Shown here: one piece after another, positions 58,504-64,000 of the stretch | How positions within the stretch are numbered: position 1 is the stretch's first letter | Layout of the letters: each line of letters opens with the position of its first letter | Source: a virus | Reading direction: 5' to 3' (one strand) | DNA: 64,000 bases | IMG/VR virus record: IMGVR_UViG_3300044612_001255 | Coordinates: 44,292 to 108,291 of that record | Translations under genes and position numbers: made by a program | Notes under the pieces: model-generated | Told to the model about the DNA's origin: nothing | The model's database searches: none | The model's input: the letters and a program-made list of their open reading frames with translations, nothing else

Positions 58504-61500
58504 TGATCAGTTGTGTAAATAAAAACGATAAGAACTTCAAGGTTCTTGAGAAGGAATATGGAGCAGGCTTAGCAGAGGTGTTCGTAAGATCATACTCAAA
58601 AAGAGTCAAGCTTCTTCCTGATGGGGAATTCTATATTCCTACAAAAAAGGAATTCCTTGATTGGTACATGTCTGATAAAAAAACAATTGAATCAAAGATA
58701 AATTATATACTTAGTGAAAACCCAAGACTTTCAGAGAAGACTATCAAACAGTTATTGAAAGGTGTAATACACACATTGGGCGATACAAACTTCATCACCT
58801 CTGGATTTACAAACAGAGGATCTCTAGCTATTACAAGTGAGCAGTTAAAGACTGTCTTCACTCCAAACTATGAGATGATGAAACGTCTTGCTAGTAATCA
58901 TCCAGATATATTTGAAATAGTAAACACTAAGGTTTCTAATAGAAAGATTGTAAAGATTAAAGCATCCAAAGGTGAAGCATTACCTGTAGGAAGACCTGAC
59001 ATAAAAATTGGTGTTAAGTATTTTCCAAATGGAAATGTTACCAAAGTGGGAACTATACTGAATAAAATAAGCAATTCATCACACCCACTTAAAGAAGTTG
59101 CTCAGAAACTAAAAGGCTTTGTTCAAATAAATAATGTTGATGTAGAGTTAGTTGACACTACACACTTTCAAAATATTGCTCCAGGCGTTGAAAGATCTAG
59201 AGGATATTTTGACGTTGCAAAGAATAAAATATTCATTGCTAAAAATGCAAACGTGGCAAATGGATTATCTGAAACTGTACTTCTACATGAGATTCTCCAC
59301 GCATTCACATACTTTGCCCTTAGAGAAGATACTAATGTTCGTAGAGACTTTGAGAAGCTTTACGATGCAGCAATTGAATCACTTGGTAAATATGATGGTC
59401 AGTCGAAAACTGGCTATTACGCAAACTATACAATAGATGAATTTATTGTAGGATTGTTTACAGATGCAAAATTCATCACTGCTTTACAATCCGTACCACC
59501 AATTGATGGAATCAAATACACAAACCTATTTGAGGAAATCATGAATTACCTAATTAATATTCTAGGACTGAATTCAAATCCTAGTTTATATAATCAGGCA
59601 ATGTCTGTTGCTTCACAAATCTTGGACACTGAGTTTAGTAGAATTGAATTACAAAGACAGTTCTATGAATCTGGTCCAATGTTGCAAGTCAATGATGATA
59701 GAACTTTACCATCGTCAGCTTCTCCAAAAACTCTAGCATTAATTAAAGACTTTATAAAACAAATTGGTGTTGACATAAAGTTGTTGGAGAAAATTAGTGT
59801 TAATGGGCAAACACAAGATGCTAATGGTGCTGCCCAGTTAATGCAAAAACTTATATCTGTTGTAGAAGGAAAAGAAGCACAGGCTCTTCCAGAAGAAGCC
59901 ATGCACTTTGCTGTATCCATTATCAAGCAAACCAACCCTAAGCTTTACCAAAAGCTTATGAAAGAGATTAATGGATATGATATGCTCACACAAGTGTTTA
60001 AGACATATGGTAATAGTCCACTTTATCAAAAGGATGGAAAGCCTGATGTTGTTAAAATCAAGGAAGAAGCTATTGCAAAAGTTTTAGTTAACACAATCAT
60101 TTCCAAAGTTGAAAATACTAGAGAAAGTAAAGACGATGTATTGAAGGCTCAATCTTGGTGGTTGAATATTCTTGAGTGGTTGAAGTCTCTTGTCTATCAA
60201 AAGTCAGGATTTGATCAAGCTGCTATTGATGTCATTTCTGGAAAAGATATTGGAACAGCAGCTGATATTAGAGAGTCTGAAGACGCAACATTTCTACAGC
60301 AGTCTCAACAAGAAAAAGTTTATGACCTTATCAAAAGCATTTCTAATAAAATTGGTGAGCCAAAACTTAATGATAAAGGTGAACAGAGATACTTTATAGA
60401 TGGTAAGGAAATTAAGTTTCGTGTATCAGACTTTGCAAAAGGTTCTTATGAAAAATGGAAGAAGTCAAACAATCTTCCTAAAGATGAATACGATCAGTTT
60501 CTTGACGACTTAAGACAGGAAAAAGGAACAGCTGGACATGCTGACTTTCAACATGCGTTCAAACTATTTACTGATGAGGACGGATATTTTATTCAAGATA
60601 GTACAATTAGAAATGAAAATAAACTAGCTGATAACCATCAATCATTTACAGGAGATCAGGATATATACCTATCTATTAGAGACCACATAGAAGCGAGACT
60701 TGCATCCTACCCAGCTAAGACAAGATTCATGTCTGAGGTTACTATTTACGATGGTGTAAGTGTTGGTGGTACAATAGACTTTTTAGCAATTGAACCTGAT
60801 GCGAGTGTGAACATCCTTGATTGGAAGTTTATGAGCTTGAACACAGACTTCTATACTGATGTGCCTTGGTATAAAATTGAATCTTGGAACATTCAAATGA
60901 ATCAGTACAAGAAGATTCTTACTAAGAACTATGGTGTAGAACCAGCAAACTTCAAGGAAACACGAATGATTCCTATTCTTGCAAAATACTCAAAAGGTAA
61001 GAAGGATAAGCAAGGTGCTATAATTGAAGAACCTAGATTGACAGGAATCAAGATAGGTGATGTAGATGTTACTAAAGTTGAGGAAGATGAAATGTATCTC
61101 CTACCTGTAGCAACTCCTGATGAACTTACTGGAAGTAGAAATCTAGATAAATTTCTATCTAGATTAAATGACATGTACAGTATGTTGAAGAAGCAAAAAG
61201 CTGATCCTAATGATAGTAGAGAAAAGAAAGAATCACTAAATGCTTTATTTGGATCTATACGAAGACTTCAGATACAAAGAAATGTTAAACCTTTAATCGC
61301 TCAAGTTACACTTCTTAATAAGAAGATTGAAAAGTTAGTTGAGAGATATGAGAATGAATACAAGAATAAAGATTGGTCAGAAGTTGGAAATGATGAACAA
61401 GTTGAGGAAATCAAGAGTGCATTTCTAAAAGAACTAGATGATGCAGAGTTTGCAATGAAAACTTACATAGACATCAATAGGAGCTTAAGAGAAGTTGTCA

Positions 61501-64000
61501 AGGATGACAATGACTTGTACAATGAGCTTCTAAAAATTTCTGATGTTGCGAGTACATATGAAGAAAAACTTGAGAATATTAATAAAGAATTTGTAGCTGA
61601 ATCTGTAGCAAAGCCAGAAGGTTTCATGAACTTCCTAAGTCCTGAGAAACTTATATCATGGCTTAGTAGATGGTTTTCTTCTACGTCCACTGTACAAATT
61701 AAGTCTGTTCAATTGCTTTTCAGAAAGGCTAACAAGGCTCTTGGTAGAGCAAGCTACATGACAGAGGATGCTAATAGAAAGCTCTTTGATGTGAAAGAAA
61801 AGTTTTTAAGTTGGGCTAATTCAAAAGGCTTAAGTCAAAAAGAATTGTTCTCATACATTAAGAAGAAGGATGAGAACGAACTTATTGATCAGTATGATCC
61901 TGAGTTCTACAAACAGTTGAGCAAAGCTATAGCTAGTTCTGACATCGAATGGATGAAAGAGAACCTTGATCTAGAAGGTGTTAGAGAAGAACTTGAAAAA
62001 GAAAAAGAAAAAGAATACACCTATATTAAAAATAAAGGAGGTAGAGAGGGTGATATTGAACAACAAGCAGTAGATATTGCTAGAGAACAAAGACAAGCTG
62101 ATAGGAAGTATAATATTGATAACGATTCATCTTTAGGATGGTATTTAAGAGATTCTTTAAGAAAGCATCCTAAGAAAGATGTTTGGGAAACTGAAGAGTG
62201 GAAACGATTGAATAGTCCTGAGAATGCTCCAGCAAAAGAATTCTACGATTATATCATTGAACAGAATGATAAATTTGCAGACCTAAAATACATCTCTAAA
62301 AAAGAAGCTAGGGTGTTCCTTCCATTTGTTAGAAGTAGCATGATTGAAGCAGCCCTTACAGGAAAAGAATTATCACTTGGTGATAGATTCTTTAGAAGCA
62401 TTTCAGTTGATGAGGGAGATATTGGATTTGGTCAAAGAGATGAAGATGGTCAAATATTAAACACTGTACCAATTTATTTCACCACAAAGTTTAACGATGG
62501 TGATTACAGCGAAGACTTGTTTAGAAACATGGCTATATATAACGAAGCTGCGTTTAGATACAAATACCTTGTTCAAGTGGAAGATCAAGTTAGAGCTATT
62601 GCTAAGGTGGAACGTAACAAACAAACCATAGCAACATCTCTACTTGGTAGAGCTCAATTTGATGAATTCAACCAATTACAATACAATAAGGTTGGGTCAG
62701 CAGGATCTCTTACAAACGTTGAGCTTTTGGACAGTATGATTAAAGCAATTGTCTATGGACAAAAGTATGTTGACAATGCTCAACTAGATGCTGCTTTATT
62801 TAAGATTGGTGGGTGGGGTAAAACAATCAATGAGAAAATTGGCATAAAAGTTTTCCCAGAAAATCTAGAAGGAAGACAAGTGACGTTAAACAAAGTTGTT
62901 GAAAGTCTCAATAGCTCATTTAGTTTAGTCACTCTAGGCTTTAACGCTGGTTCATCCATCTCTAACTTATTTGGTGGTACAGCTCAGTCTGTAATCAACG
63001 CTGGTAAATATTTTAATAAGACTGATATTGTTGGAGCTGAATTCCAAATCTTCACTAACAAATTCAATGGTGAGGACAAGAATAAATACCTAAAAGCTTT
63101 AGCATACTTTCAACCCTTAACAGATAACTACAACAGAGAAATAGCTAAGCAACTTTCTGTTAATGTTGTTACAGATCAAGGAGTGCAAGACATCATAATG
63201 ATAGCAATGCAGAGTGCTGATAGAGCTGTTCAAACTGCTAACTTCTATGCATTTCTAAAAAATACAGTGGTAGTAGATGGTAAAGTGGTTAATGCTAGAG
63301 AATATCTTAGATCCCTACCTGAATATCAAGGTAGATTTAAAGGAACAACTGAAGATAGAGCTCAGTATGATCAAAAGTTTGAGCAAGATGTAAAGAAGTT
63401 AATCGAAGAAAAAGGTGTAATGAAACTTGCTAAAGTTGAGAACGGTGAATTCATTATTCCTGGTGTAGATAGACTTTCAAACAGTGTACTTGATGTAAGA
63501 AGAAAAGTACAACAACTTAGTAAGGATGCGTTAGGTAACCTCTCTGAAGATGATCTAAGAGCTATAAACTTAAACATCATTGGTAAGTCATTCATGGTGT
63601 TCAAGAACTGGATTCCAAGACCTATAGATGTTCGATTAGGAGGACTTAAATATAACTCTGCATCAGAAGCATATGAGTGGGGAAGGATGAGAATGATCAT
63701 GTCAATCATCTACAAGAATATAGCATCTAATAGAGATGGTCTTTGGGGACTTCTATCTGGAAATGATAAAGGGATGGATCTTATTAGAAGATCATTCGAA
63801 ATGAAAAACCAAGAACACTTTAGAGAAACAGGAGAATATCTTCAGATGACTGAGGACATGTTCATTGAACTGTTCCAGTCAAACGTTAAAGCAATGGCTA
63901 CTGATATGATATTCTTAACAACTCTACTAGTTCTTACAACACAAATCATCCCAGCAATGGCACCAGATGATGATGAGGATAAAGCTGTAGTTAACCAACA
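58503..64000 (+). CDS. giant polyvalent cargo protein (zincin + PD-(D/E)XK nuclease-like), 3' truncated by window
   Basis: Not in the ORF track, consistent with having no stop in the window. TAATG overlap at 58501-58505. Frame spot-checked open at 59.3, 59.9, 60.7 and 64.0 kb. LLHEILH at 59286-59300 and SEVTIYD...GTIDFL...ILDWKF at ~60730-60830. Confidence 0.82.
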   Translation, partial: MISCVNKNDKNFKVLEKEYGAGLAEVFVRSYSKRVKLLPDGEFYIPTKKEFLDWYMSDKKTIESKINYILSENPRLSEKTIKQLLKGVIHTLGDTNFITSGFTNRGSLAITSEQLKTVFTPNYEMMKRLASNHPDIFEIVNTKVSNRKIVKIKASKGEALPVGRPDIKIGVKYFPNGNVTKVGTILNKISNSSHPLKEVAQKLKGFVQINNVDVELVDTTHFQNIAPGVERSRGYFDVAKNKIFIAKNANVANGLSETVLLHEILHAFTYFALREDTNVRRDFEKLYDAAIESLGKYDGQSKTGYYANYTIDEFIVGLFTDAKFITALQSVPPIDGIKYTNLFEEIMNYLINILGLNSNPSLYNQAMSVASQILDTEFSRIELQRQFYESGPMLQVNDDRTLPSSASPKTLALIKDFIKQIGVDIKLLEKISVNGQTQDANGAAQLMQKLISVVEGKEAQALPEEAMHFAVSIIKQTNPKLYQKLMKEINGYDMLTQVFKTYGNSPLYQKDGKPDVVKIKEEAIAKVLVNTIISKVENTRESKDDVLKAQSWWLNILEWLKSLVYQKSGFDQAAIDVISGKDIGTAADIRESEDATFLQQSQQEKVYDLIKSISNKIGEPKLNDKGEQRYFIDGKEIKFRVSDFAKGSYEKWKKSNNLPKDEYDQFLDDLRQEKGTAGHADFQHAFKLFTDEDGYFIQDSTIRNENKLADNHQSFTGDQDIYLSIRDHIEARLASYPAKTRFMSEVTIYDGVSVGGTIDFLAIEPDASVNILDWKFMSLNTDFYTDVPWYKIESWNIQMNQYKKILTKNYGVEPANFKETRMIPILAKYSKGKKDKQGAIIEEPRLTGIKIGDVDVTKVEEDEMYLLPVATPDELTGSRNLDKFLSRLNDMYSMLKKQKADPNDSREKKESLNALFGSIRRLQIQRNVKPLIAQVTLLNKKIEKLVERYENEYKNKDWSEVGNDEQVEEIKSAFLKELDDAEFAMKTYIDINRSLREVVKDDNDLYNELLKISDVASTYEEKLENINKEFVAESVAKPEGFMNFLSPEKLISWLSRWFSSTSTVQIKSVQLLFRKANKALGRASYMTEDANRKLFDVKEKFLSWANSKGLSQKELFSYIKKKDENELIDQYDPEFYKQLSKAIASSDIEWMKENLDLEGVREELEKEKEKEYTYIKNKGGREGDIEQQAVDIAREQRQADRKYNIDNDSSLGWYLRDSLRKHPKKDVWETEEWKRLNSPENAPAKEFYDYIIEQNDKFADLKYISKKEARVFLPFVRSSMIEAALTGKELSLGDRFFRSISVDEGDIGFGQRDEDGQILNTVPIYFTTKFNDGDYSEDLFRNMAIYNEAAFRYKYLVQVEDQVRAIAKVERNKQTIATSLLGRAQFDEFNQLQYNKVGSAGSLTNVELLDSMIKAIVYGQKYVDNAQLDAALFKIGGWGKTINEKIGIKVFPENLEGRQVTLNKVVESLNSSFSLVTLGFNAGSSISNLFGGTAQSVINAGKYFNKTDIVGAEFQIFTNKFNGEDKNKYLKALAYFQPLTDNYNREIAKQLSVNVVTDQGVQDIIMIAMQSADRAVQTANFYAFLKNTVVVDGKVVNAREYLRSLPEYQGRFKGTTEDRAQYDQKFEQDVKKLIEEKGVMKLAKVENGEFIIPGVDRLSNSVLDVRRKVQQLSKDALGNLSEDDLRAINLNIIGKSFMVFKNWIPRPIDVRLGGLKYNSASEAYEWGRMRMIMSIIYKNIASNRDGLWGLLSGNDKGMDLIRRSFEMKNQEHFRETGEYLQMTEDMFIELFQSNVKAMATDMIFLTTLLVLTTQIIPAMAPDDDEDKAVVNQ

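Noticed and set aside
59152-63709. Short track ORFs in the last 5.5 kb
   Set aside because: They are shadows of the single long plus-strand frame starting at 58503.
10803-64000. Stop-codon reassignment as in some gut crAss-like phages
   Set aside because: Very long ORFs, up to 5054 aa, are intact in the standard code. TGA and TAG serve as plausible stops in the window.
1-64000. CRISPR array, DGR, introns or inteins
   Set aside because: I saw no regularly spaced repeats and no reverse transcriptase. PolB, TerL and MCP read as uninterrupted, with no obvious intein motifs.

Overview
This window is a 64 kb segment of a crAss-like (Crassvirales-type) podophage genome. The host is probably a Bacteroidota species: there are TTTG-N19/21-TAnnTTTG promoters and A-rich, SD-less starts. 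It uses the standard genetic code. Bases 1-10.6 kb (minus strand) hold early and replication genes: many small ORFs, a ParB-like protein, a family B DNA polymerase with a clamp-binding tail, a putative initiator/loader, the start of a DnaB-like helicase, and an unusually expanded tRNA-like RNA. A GC-rich palindromic strand-switch region (~10.56-10.80 kb) follows. The plus strand then carries the late module: HU-like protein, TerL, portal, scaffold, major capsid protein, Cys- and Thr-rich capsid/tail proteins, an apparently split tail-stabilisation (muzzle) gene, and large ejected cargo proteins. The cargo includes a 5054-aa virion RNA polymerase fused to an SF1B helicase and a >1830-aa zincin/PD-(D/E)XK protein that runs off the window end. 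The best candidate for a new system is in the cargo genes, which look like polyproteins punctuated by a recurring short A-x-x-G / x-x-G-G motif. Effector domains sit as cassettes between these motifs, and one, a lytic transglycosylase, is flanked by an exact in-frame 17-bp direct repeat. All calls come from motif reading and gene order. No searches were run.
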